DNA from: Conexivisphaerales archaeon
GTDB taxonomy: Archaea > Thermoproteota > Nitrososphaeria > Conexivisphaerales > UBA164
NCBI GenBank assembly: GCA_030756715.1
Contig: JAVBJD010000002.1
Coordinates: 4,085-68,084 of the forward strand
Length of the DNA: 64,000 bases
Direction: 5' to 3'
Shown: positions 56,344-64,000 of the stretch, piece after piece
How the letters are laid out: the number at the start of each line of letters is the position of its first letter
Position numbering within the stretch: position 1 is the first letter of the stretch
The notes under the pieces: model-generated
The model's input: only the letters and a program-made list of their open reading frames with translations
Told to the model about the DNA's origin: nothing
Databases searched by the model: none
Made by a program: the position numbers and the translations under genes

Positions 56344-57407
56344 AAATAACCTACCTGTCTGGCCCACTCTGCCAGAGGACCTAAAAGAACCTTTCTTTTT
56401 CTCTTTAGTTCTTGAGCATTTTTCGAACCAGTCAAGAAAAGTGCTAATCTGTATTCATTTATGCTGTTAACCAAATATTCTTTAGCCTTTTCGTATCCAT
56501 TCTTTAACAATTCTTTCAAAACGCTGCCGGCCATAGCCCCTGCGTCAGCCCCAAGCGCGATAGCTTTTGCCACTTCAAGCCCGTTCTTTATACCGCCAGA
56601 AGCTATTATCGGGAGGTCTGTTACGCTTCTGACCTCTATTATTGAGACGGCAGTAGGAATTCCCCATTCACCAAAAACTTCTGCTAAATTGTAATTTTCC
56701 ATTTTCTTTGCTCTCTTTGCTCTCTCTCCTTCGATTTTTGCCCAGCTTGTCCCTCCGGCTCCTGCCACATTTATGGCAGAAATACCGGCCAGTTTGAGGT
56801 TTATTGCAACTTCTTTAGAAATTCCTGAACCAACCTCTTTAACTATTATAGGAACGTTTATTGACTTTGTAAGATCAGACAGCTTTTGTAGAACGCCCTT
56901 AAACTTTGGTTCTCCCTCCGGTTGGACGGCTTCTTGGAGGGGGTTTAAGTGTATGGCCAAAGCGTTTGCCTTTACCATTTCTACTGCTTTCTTTATCTTA
57001 TCTACATCGTACACTAAAAGCTGAGCAGCTCCAAGGTTGCCTATTATAAATATGTCCGGAGCTACTTCTCTTACCACAGAATAAGTATCAGCTAATGAAG
57101 GATCCTCTATGGCTGCCCTCTGTGACCCAACGCCCATACCAATTCCTAGTTCATGAGCCAGAGTAGCAAGGTTTCTGTTTATTTCTTTAGTCTCTTCGTT
57201 ACCACCTGTCATGCTGTCTATGAAAAAAGGTGCTGAGAGTTTAAACCCCAAAAAGTTTACAGTAGTGTCAACATCCTGAAGATCAATTTCAGGTAAAGCC
57301 TGGTGAATCAGGTATACGTATTCAAACCATCCGGAAGTTTCTTTATATTCAACTCCGCCTTTTTTTACTATGTTTATATGTTCCGCTTTCCTATTCTTTA
57401 CTTCCAT
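56340..57407 (-). CDS. fni: Type 2 isopentenyl-diphosphate delta-isomerase
   Basis: RKAEH, SMTGG, GVGSQRA, HLNPLQE, KEVG.G, GAGGTSW, ASGG. Confidence 0.96.
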   Translation of the reverse strand: MEVKNRKAEHINIVKKGGVEYKETSGWFEYVYLIHQALPEIDLQDVDTTVNFLGFKLSAPFFIDSMTGGNEETKEINRNLATLAHELGIGMGVGSQRAAIEDPSLADTYSVVREVAPDIFIIGNLGAAQLLVYDVDKIKKAVEMVKANALAIHLNPLQEAVQPEGEPKFKGVLQKLSDLTKSINVPIIVKEVGSGISKEVAINLKLAGISAINVAGAGGTSWAKIEGERAKRAKKMENYNLAEVFGEWGIPTAVSIIEVRSVTDLPIIASGGIKNGLEVAKAIALGADAGAMAGSVLKELLKNGYEKAKEYLVNSINEYRLALFLTGSKNAQELKRKRKVLLGPLAEWARQVGYL

Positions 57408-58203
57408 CAGACATCACTACACTACCCTCAAACTTATAACCCTTTATTGCTTTAATAATATTTTCTTTGTCAGCGGCATTTATAAAAGCTGAATTTATAC
57501 CCTTTTTAGCCAGTATGTATGCGACGTAAAGCTTGTAGCTGATCCCACCTGTAGCATCAGGAGAATTTTCAGACAACTTTAACAAAATTTTTTCAAACTT
57601 TTCGGCTCCGTTCCCTACCATGATTGGAACGTCACCTATATATACAGACCCTTTTGATTTTACTATGCTGATTTTTTCTATAATGTTTCCATTTTCATCC
57701 AAAATTCCCGGTGTGCCCATTATAAAAACAACTTTTTTTACAGGAAACTTATCGCTTAATTTTAAGGCTATCTCGTCTCCTCCTATAACCCTGAATCCCT
57801 TATTTCTTTCATAAATTACATCGCCATAAGTTAAAGGATAAACAGACTTTTCGATCATTTCTAAAATTTCATCCCTGTTAAGTACTTCTAAAAGCTGTGC
57901 AGGAAAATAAAATGTGGAAATGCCTTTTTCTAGAAGAAATTTTTGAACCTGAACGCTAAGCTGTTGCATTTTGATCTTTGTAAAACTTACACCTTTATTT
58001 GATTCGCAATAAATAAAGCTAGAAAGACCGTAAATTGCTGCTGCAGGGTGGCCCCATGAACCCCCTCCATGTATCAAAAAGTAGCGTTCTTTGGCATCAG
58101 CTAAAGCTTCTGCGATGTTTTTAATTCCATCTTCATTTATGCTGAACGGTTTATCCTTGAATGTTATGGATGAACCACCTAGCTTTATTATAAATAAAGA
58201 CAT
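57391..58203 (-). CDS. ipk: Isopentenyl phosphate kinase
   Basis: KLGGS.IT.K, HGGGSWGH, GD, DATGG..K. Confidence 0.92.
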   Translation of the reverse strand: MSLFIIKLGGSSITFKDKPFSINEDGIKNIAEALADAKERYFLIHGGGSWGHPAAAIYGLSSFIYCESNKGVSFTKIKMQQLSVQVQKFLLEKGISTFYFPAQLLEVLNRDEILEMIEKSVYPLTYGDVIYERNKGFRVIGGDEIALKLSDKFPVKKVVFIMGTPGILDENGNIIEKISIVKSKGSVYIGDVPIMVGNGAEKFEKILLKLSENSPDATGGISYKLYVAYILAKKGINSAFINAADKENIIKAIKGYKFEGSVVMSDGSKE

Positions 58204-58328
58204 TTGACTACGCTATTATTTGCTTAAAACTTAACCTTTTCTAACTTTAATTCTGTGCATTTATACAGAGCTTTATCATTGAAGCTTTCTGGAAAAAGCC
58301 ATAATGGAGTTTTGTTAAGGTTGACACA

Positions 58329-59234
58329 TCATCGAATTTTACCGTCCTGTTCGTAATCGCTTTTTTTAAAATTAATTTCATAAGATCCAGGAACTCCAAG
58401 TTTGGCCTCTTTTGTTTTTAAACCGTCTACGGTTCTAACGGGCAACCCTATAAGATAACCTCCTCCTCCAGCTCCCGTTATTTTTGCTGATATCCCTTCT
58501 TCATCAAGCTTTTTCAATATAGAACTTATTTTGGGCGTAGATACATCGATAATCTCCAAAAGGGCTTGGTTTATCTTGAAAAGCGCTTTAACCTTTTCAA
58601 CGTCTCCGTTTTCTAAAGCGTCTTTCATTGATAATGATATGTAATCGGCCATTTTTATGAGACCGTCGAACTTTTCCGGCTCGTTTTCTTTTAAATAGCC
58701 TACCTTGCTAACCAAAATGCCTGTATTCCTTCTCTGTCCAGAATCTATCAGTAAGATTTTATCGATCTTTGAACTTATGGGTAAATGCCCTTCTCCTCTT
58801 TTAAACAGTAACGTTCCCCCGTTTAAAACGGTCCACACATCGATACCGCTAGGGTTTTTGTGTACGTGCTTTTCGAGTTCCATTGCTTCATCGAATATCT
58901 TTTCCATTGTAGGAGTTATGCCTGCTAGTCTGTAAGAGGCTATTACAGCCGCTACGTGAAAAGAAGCTGAAGAACCGAGCCCGGCTGACTTTGGTATAGA
59001 GCTCTTAACCTGTATTTTGACCTTGCTAAGTCCTGTTATTTGTTTGACTTTTTCAAGCGTATAATCAGCGTGAATTATTTTACCGTTAGAGTATATGACG
59101 TCCTTAGCGTTATCCTCAACCTTTAGCTTTAAGTAAAGGTTTATAGCCCCAGCTATAGCCCTAGCACCATGAACTACGAAATGCTCCCCTGATAGAATAA
59201 CTTTTGCAGGAGCAATGGCTTGACCAGAGTTCAA
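58329..59234 (-). CDS. mvk: Mevalonate kinase (GHMP)
   Basis: APAKVILSGEH.VVHG, P.SAGLGSSA, PSGID, KITGAGGGG. Confidence 0.95.
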   Translation of the reverse strand: MNSGQAIAPAKVILSGEHFVVHGARAIAGAINLYLKLKVEDNAKDVIYSNGKIIHADYTLEKVKQITGLSKVKIQVKSSIPKSAGLGSSASFHVAAVIASYRLAGITPTMEKIFDEAMELEKHVHKNPSGIDVWTVLNGGTLLFKRGEGHLPISSKIDKILLIDSGQRRNTGILVSKVGYLKENEPEKFDGLIKMADYISLSMKDALENGDVEKVKALFKINQALLEIIDVSTPKISSILKKLDEEGISAKITGAGGGGYLIGLPVRTVDGLKTKEAKLGVPGSYEINFKKSDYEQDGKIR

Positions 59235-59310
59235 CCTACTAACAAATAAATCAGCCGCTTTAAAAACGATCTGCTATTTCTTACCCAAACCAGCTAACAG
59301 CGGTTACATT

Positions 59311-60162
59311 TTATGATTTATAGAAACCTACAGACGCATAGCCAACCACTGCAGAATAATCTCCTGTTACGTCTCCGCTGTTTGCGTGCTTGAGCAGTTT
59401 AACGCTGTTATAACCCATCAGGTTGCTTAAATGTATGAGCACGGATGCTGGGCCATAGCCACACATAGTTATGTCATATCTTCTAAGAACCCTGTAAAAT
59501 TCATCCAGGTCCTTCTTGATTATAGCATTTATCGCTATTTCGTCTTTTTTGTTAACGCTATCGGCCGGCTCATAATGCGTTAAATCAGATGAAGCTATTA
59601 TATAATAGTTCTTTTTATCTTTTATTTTTTTATAAATTATCTCAGCCACTTCGACAGCGTATTCTTTTTCCATCAAAGTCATTGAAATCGGCAATATTTT
59701 AAAGTCCTTTTTTATGTACTGTAAATACGGTATCTGAACCTCTATGCTGTGTTCTCTCCAGTGAGCCGCATCATCCATATCAATTATGGATCTTTCTGAA
59801 AGTATTTCATTTCTCAAACTTGTGTCTACCTTTACCTGCCCCAGAGGGGTTTCCCATATTTCGCTTTGAGGCAAAGCTATAGGGCTTCCTATCCCGTAAT
59901 GATTGGGCCCGAGAATTATGAAAGTTGAGCCTTCAGGTAATGCAGAAATTTCTAAATACGCGTGGGCTGCAACGTAACCGGAATATTCATAACCAGCATG
60001 AGGAACAAGATAACCTATTGCTTCTTTTTGCTCTTTTGATGGGGGAAGCTTTCCTGGACCTATTTTATCTGACTTAAAGGTTTCCTCTATTAAGCTTATG
60101 AGTTTATCCTTATCGCTTGGATAAAAATAACCTGCAACTGCTGGTTTTCTAACTCTCCACAT
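59311..60162 (-). CDS. amrB: MEMO1 family protein (AmmeMemoRadiSam protein B)
   Basis: R.PAVAGYFYP, PHAGYEYSG, EHSIEVQIP, SSDLTHYE, MCGYGP. Confidence 0.93.
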   Translation of the reverse strand: MWRVRKPAVAGYFYPSDKDKLISLIEETFKSDKIGPGKLPPSKEQKEAIGYLVPHAGYEYSGYVAAHAYLEISALPEGSTFIILGPNHYGIGSPIALPQSEIWETPLGQVKVDTSLRNEILSERSIIDMDDAAHWREHSIEVQIPYLQYIKKDFKILPISMTLMEKEYAVEVAEIIYKKIKDKKNYYIIASSDLTHYEPADSVNKKDEIAINAIIKKDLDEFYRVLRRYDITMCGYGPASVLIHLSNLMGYNSVKLLKHANSGDVTGDYSAVVGYASVGFYKS

Positions 60163-60820
60163 AGCTTCCTTCTTCAAACTTTGTTTCAAAGTCTGATGGG
60201 TTGTACTTCATGGCTTCGTTTGGCTGCATAGCTCCTGAGTTTATCAGATAGCTTCTGGCGAGTAACCAGAAAATCATAGCGAGGGATTTTCTGCCTCTGT
60301 TATTTCCGGGTATTATGAGATCTACAAAGTTGCAGACGTTGTTTGTATCACAGATAGCCACCACTGGTATGTTTACCCTAACGGCCTCTTCTATAGCTTG
60401 CTTATCAACAGCTGGATCCACAATGAGCACTACATCTACGTTCTTGTAATCTGGCAGATATGGATTTGTAAGAGTACCTGGCAAAAGCCTTCCGAGGACA
60501 TAGTTAACTCCAGTGAGCTCGGCGAATTTTGATATTGGTGTAAAAGCTGCCTCTCTAGTAGAGTAAACAAGAACCCTCTTCGGGTCATACCTTGACAAAA
60601 ACTTTCCAGCTATTTCTATCCTCGAGAGTATCTTGTTAAGGTCAAGTATGTTTAAACCGTCTTCCCTACGTCTAGCAACGAACTGTCTCATATGTTTTGT
60701 TGCAACGTTGGTTCCGATCCTTATTCCAGATGCTATAAGAGCGCTCTCTGTAAGCTGTACATTAATCTTCTTGTTCTCTGAACCTTCTTCACTTTTATCT
60801 TCAGGTTGCTTTTCTGCCAT
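60149..60820 (-). CDS. rps2: 30S ribosomal protein S2 (uS2)
   Basis: GIRIGT, PGTLTNP, DPAVDKQA..EA, CDTNN, PGNNRGRKS. Confidence 0.95.
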   Translation of the reverse strand: MAEKQPEDKSEEGSENKKINVQLTESALIASGIRIGTNVATKHMRQFVARRREDGLNILDLNKILSRIEIAGKFLSRYDPKRVLVYSTREAAFTPISKFAELTGVNYVLGRLLPGTLTNPYLPDYKNVDVVLIVDPAVDKQAIEEAVRVNIPVVAICDTNNVCNFVDLIIPGNNRGRKSLAMIFWLLARSYLINSGAMQPNEAMKYNPSDFETKFEEGSYVES

Positions 60821-62037
60821 TATATGCTCGGCCTCCAAAGAGGTATCTTTTCATTTTCTTCATTTATCCTGGCTAACCTTATAAGCTTTGACATTCTTTC
60901 TCCTCCAACAACCCCACTTTTCATCAAAGATGATCTCATACCGACAGCTATATCCGCAAGATAACCCTCGCACACATCTCCACTTCTGTGCGAAGTAATA
61001 ACAGCATAGTTGTTCTTGTGAGCTGTTTCGGCAAATAGTTTTGCCTGATATAACGTTCCAACTTGATTTACTTTGAGAATAACTCCATTAGCCGCCCCCA
61101 TTTTGACGGCTTTTTCCAGCCTCCTGTAGTCTGTGGTAAAAAGATCGTCGCCAACTATTAGCGATTTAGAGCTCTTGGTAAGCTCAGCAAAAGATTCGAA
61201 ATCTTCTTCAAAAAAAGGATCTTCAACGTATTTTAAGTCGAACTTGTTTATTATATCTTCAACGTATTTTAGCTGGTCTTCTTTTGAAAGTTTTTTGCCC
61301 TTTCTGGAATAATTGTAAACTCCATTTTCATATAGAGTTGAAGCCGCCATATCGACCCCCATTATTATCCTTACTCCATAATCTTTTGAAACCCTATCTA
61401 TGGCTGTCCTGACAACTTCTAAAGCTTCTTCATCTTTAAGTCTTGGAGCCCATGCGCCCTCGTCGCCTTTACCGCCTGCAAACATGGGATCCCTTTTTTC
61501 TATTTCTTTTCTGACTTCTCTGTGTACCTTGATGTTTAAAGTTATTGCTTCAAAAACGTTTTTAGCTCCAACCGGGGATGACAGAAATTCTTGTATGTCC
61601 GGAGAGCCAGGCCCTGCGTGTTTTCCTCCCCCTAGGACATTCCCCAGAGGGTACGGTATTCTAGGTTCAAACCCAATGAGAGTGTAAAAGGGTTTACCGG
61701 ACGCTAAGGATTCAGCAACTGAGGAAGCCACTGAGACGGCAAAGGCCGTTGAACCGCCTATTTTTTCAAACTTTTCTGAACCGTCTATTTTTAATAATGC
61801 TTCGTAAACAGCCTTAAGGTCTCCAGCGTCAACACCGATTAGTTTTGATTTATCAAAATTTTTTATTACTGTAGAAAAGCCGCCTTTTGGTAAATGAATG
61901 ACTTCTGTCTCCCCTGTACTTGCTCCAGCAGGTGCAGTAACTGTAGCGCTAAAATTTTTTATATATACTGTAGCTTCTACTGTGTCGTCCCCTCTGCTAG
62001 TAAAGCTTGGACGAAGCTTTACGTCAGTTATTTCCAA
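60820..62037 (-). CDS. eno: Enolase
   Basis: APAGASTG, GDEG.WAP, EDPF, VGDDL, ILKVNQ.GT, SHRSG. Confidence 0.95.
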   Translation of the reverse strand: MEITDVKLRPSFTSRGDDTVEATVYIKNFSATVTAPAGASTGETEVIHLPKGGFSTVIKNFDKSKLIGVDAGDLKAVYEALLKIDGSEKFEKIGGSTAFAVSVASSVAESLASGKPFYTLIGFEPRIPYPLGNVLGGGKHAGPGSPDIQEFLSSPVGAKNVFEAITLNIKVHREVRKEIEKRDPMFAGGKGDEGAWAPRLKDEEALEVVRTAIDRVSKDYGVRIIMGVDMAASTLYENGVYNYSRKGKKLSKEDQLKYVEDIINKFDLKYVEDPFFEEDFESFAELTKSSKSLIVGDDLFTTDYRRLEKAVKMGAANGVILKVNQVGTLYQAKLFAETAHKNNYAVITSHRSGDVCEGYLADIAVGMRSSLMKSGVVGGERMSKLIRLARINEENEKIPLWRPSI

Positions 62038-62268
62038 TTAAATTTCGTCCTCCTTTTCATTCAACATAGCAGTAGCTTCAGCATAAGGTAACATCTTGTT
62101 TAAAGATTCGAAATTACTTAATATCATTCTTCTGCAACAATACCTTTTTACGCCCAATTTATCCAGTGCCTTGGAAGGCTCCATACCCTTTGCAACAAGG
62201 GTATTAAACTTTTCATATTTATCGCCCAGTAAAGCTCCACAGCTAAAACATCTTATAGGTGAAAGCAT
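62038..62268 (-). CDS. rpoN: DNA-directed RNA polymerase subunit N (Rpo10)
   Basis: PIRCFSCG..LG..RYCCRRM. Confidence 0.96.
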   Translation of the reverse strand: MLSPIRCFSCGALLGDKYEKFNTLVAKGMEPSKALDKLGVKRYCCRRMILSNFESLNKMLPYAEATAMLNEKEDEI

Positions 62269-62355
62269 CGAACTAGTTAAAAAGGCTCTGAATATAAGTT
62301 TTTCTAATTAACCTAAAAACTTTAGAAATTTGAATCAATACAAAGCTTAAATAAA

Positions 62356-62892
62356 TCATAATACATTACGATGAACCCTGCATCTCGGTTCATACTGATC
62401 ATACCCGCCTATTAGGATCTCCTGTTGCTCTTTGCTCTTTCTTATTGTGAAACTAGCAGGTTCCCCGCATATCGGGCACACTGCTGTAAGTTTGATAACT
62501 TCATCGGCTATCGCTAAAAGCAATGGCATCGCTCCAAAAGGTTTGCCGAGAAAGTTCTTATCGAGACCTGCTACAACCACGCGTTTACCTTCGTCTGCAA
62601 GCTTGCTTACAACTTCAACAATTTCAGACCCAAAGAATTGAGCCTCGTCTATCCCTATGACTTCATATTCTTTTCCTATTTTATATATATCATAAGGGTC
62701 TGAAACCTTAAAAGCCTTCATCTTTCTCCCGTCGTGGCTTACAACATATTCTTCCCCATATCTGTTATCTATAGCGTGTTTGAACAGCGCTATCTTCTTT
62801 TTTCCAAGTTCATACCTTCTGAGTTCTATCAGCAATTCTTCTGTCTTCCTGCTAAACATAGGTCCCGTGTATACCTTTATCCATCCCTGCAT
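62356..62892 (-). CDS. tdk: Thymidine kinase (type II)
   Basis: GPMFSRKTEEL, IDEAQFF, AGLD..F, CPIC, YEPRCR. Confidence 0.95.
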   Translation of the reverse strand: MQGWIKVYTGPMFSRKTEELLIELRRYELGKKKIALFKHAIDNRYGEEYVVSHDGRKMKAFKVSDPYDIYKIGKEYEVIGIDEAQFFGSEIVEVVSKLADEGKRVVVAGLDKNFLGKPFGAMPLLLAIADEVIKLTAVCPICGEPASFTIRKSKEQQEILIGGYDQYEPRCRVHRNVL

Positions 62893-62926
62893 GAGCTTAC
62901 TTTTTATTTTTTATTTATATAAGGTC

Positions 62927-64000
62927 TTATACGTTCATTTTTACATACTTGTCAACAATTTCTTCAACGTCCATGAGCCTCACGTTTATTTTTGACTGAT
63001 GCTTAGTGTAAAAATAATGTTTGGCACTGTTGCTTACTACGCTAGTATATCCGAAAGTCTCTGGCAAATATGACAAAGAAGGACATATATCAAAGTATAT
63101 TTTGAGTCCTGAATCAGCCAAAGCCTCTTTTTCCTCATCAGCAAGTTTTGAAAAGCTTATCCTGTCTACAAACACATAAGCAGGTAAATTAAAATGCTTG
63201 CCCTGGACGAGATAAGCCAATTTTTTCATTTCTTCAACAGAAAGCAAAGGACAACCAAGCACAATAGCTTGGGGCTGGACGTCATCGTTTATCTTTGACA
63301 GGGCTTCTTTTAGCTGGTTTTCTTCTAAAGTGATAACTTCTGCGTCTTTTGTTTCTGGTTCTATGACGAACATTGGCTGAGGGCCATAAGTTCCAACAGA
63401 AGCCGATAGCGCTTTAAGTTCCTCTTTGTTTGCTGTCCTTATCCCTTTTATACCAACTATTTCCTTCGTTAGCTTACCTATAAAATAACCGAGAGCTCCA
63501 AATTGTACTGCTCCCTTGATCTCAAACGAGAGCCTTATGACCTTCTGAGGCTTTCTGTTTTCGTCTAGATGCATACCATAATTTGGAGTAAAACCGAGTA
63601 TTGCAGCTGCAAGGGCGCTTATTCCTCCTTCCTTATTGGTGTATATTCCCATAACAGAATTACCGTAAACCACAGCAGAACTTTCTGCCCAGCTAACGTG
63701 TTCTCCCTTTTTTGGCACGTTTAAACCATCATAAGGCACGCAAGTACATGAGTTCTTAGCTCCCATCTTCATAAAAGCGTTGTATATGACCCTTTGTTTT
63801 TCCACTAGTTCTTTGCTAAAGGTGGCATCATTTTCAAGCACTGGAGCTCCACATGGGTTTATGGACGTCGGAACCGCGAAACGAGCGACCTTTGAGATAT
63901 CGTTTAAAAGTTCTAAGCCTGCATCTCCTATGTTGTAATAATTTACACCTGAGATATGAGCTGAAGTTATTTTTATAAAGCCTTCTGATTTTGAAGCTTT
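62927..64000 (-). CDS. Aconitase X (DUF521) catalytic subunit, probable phosphomevalonate dehydratase large subunit; 5'-truncated by the window edge
   Basis: Frame is open to 64000 (AHISGVNY..IGDAGL); SCTCVPY, WAESSAV.YGNSV.G..TN.EGG, LGCP, DICP. Confidence 0.9.
   Translation of the reverse strand, partial: KASKSEGFIKITSAHISGVNYYNIGDAGLELLNDISKVARFAVPTSINPCGAPVLENDATFSKELVEKQRVIYNAFMKMGAKNSCTCVPYDGLNVPKKGEHVSWAESSAVVYGNSVMGIYTNKEGGISALAAAILGFTPNYGMHLDENRKPQKVIRLSFEIKGAVQFGALGYFIGKLTKEIVGIKGIRTANKEELKALSASVGTYGPQPMFVIEPETKDAEVITLEENQLKEALSKINDDVQPQAIVLGCPLLSVEEMKKLAYLVQGKHFNLPAYVFVDRISFSKLADEEKEALADSGLKIYFDICPSLSYLPETFGYTSVVSNSAKHYFYTKHQSKINVRLMDVEEIVDKYVKMNV

Noticed and set aside
1-64000. 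CRISPR array, rRNA, SRP/RNase P RNA, C/D-box sRNA, inteins
   Set aside because: No regularly spaced repeats, long GC-rich RNA genes, convincing C/D box pairs or oversized host proteins found by eye; small RNAs could be missed without an Infernal search

Overview
Gene-dense, AT-rich archaeal chromosome segment with about 75 CDS and 3 intron-less tRNAs: Gly-CCC, Cys-GCA, and a CAT tRNA that is most likely Ile2. There is no rRNA, CRISPR array or integrase. Gene content points to a TACK archaeon: rpl10e, rps30e, rps8e, rps2, rpoN, aIF6, prefoldin alpha, class I CCA enzyme, archaeal PEP carboxylase, G1P dehydrogenase, Urm1-like modifier and Cgi121. A basal, non-ammonia-oxidising Nitrososphaerota-like heterotroph is plausible; this is inference from protein resemblance, with no phylogeny run. 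Most of the window is housekeeping: translation and tRNA modification, the rpoN-eno-rps2-MEMO-mvk-ipk-fni-GGPPS-gltX operon, a modified archaeal mevalonate pathway (AcnX large and small subunits plus a UbiD decarboxylase), and a xanthine-dehydrogenase-family LMS molybdoenzyme. Four things stand out. (1) Two unannotated 220-230 bp non-coding elements (3643-3873 and 50323-50543) share IS200/IS605 ends, TAM-like TT(G/T)AT flanks, an internal TATA box and a conserved stem. They look like TnpB-less omegaRNA mini-elements. (2) A Urm1-like modifier has its diglycine capped by -AQ and is coupled to cgi121 and an E1 gene. (3) Several intact ORFs have eroded catalytic motifs: DRG-like GTPase, aspartokinase, PRPP synthetase and archaemetzincin. 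(4) A CBS+HPF-like candidate ribosome hibernation factor sits beside rps30e, mbf1 and hflX. All calls are by-eye motif recognition without database searches, and several start codons were moved from the ORF track to the more plausible site.
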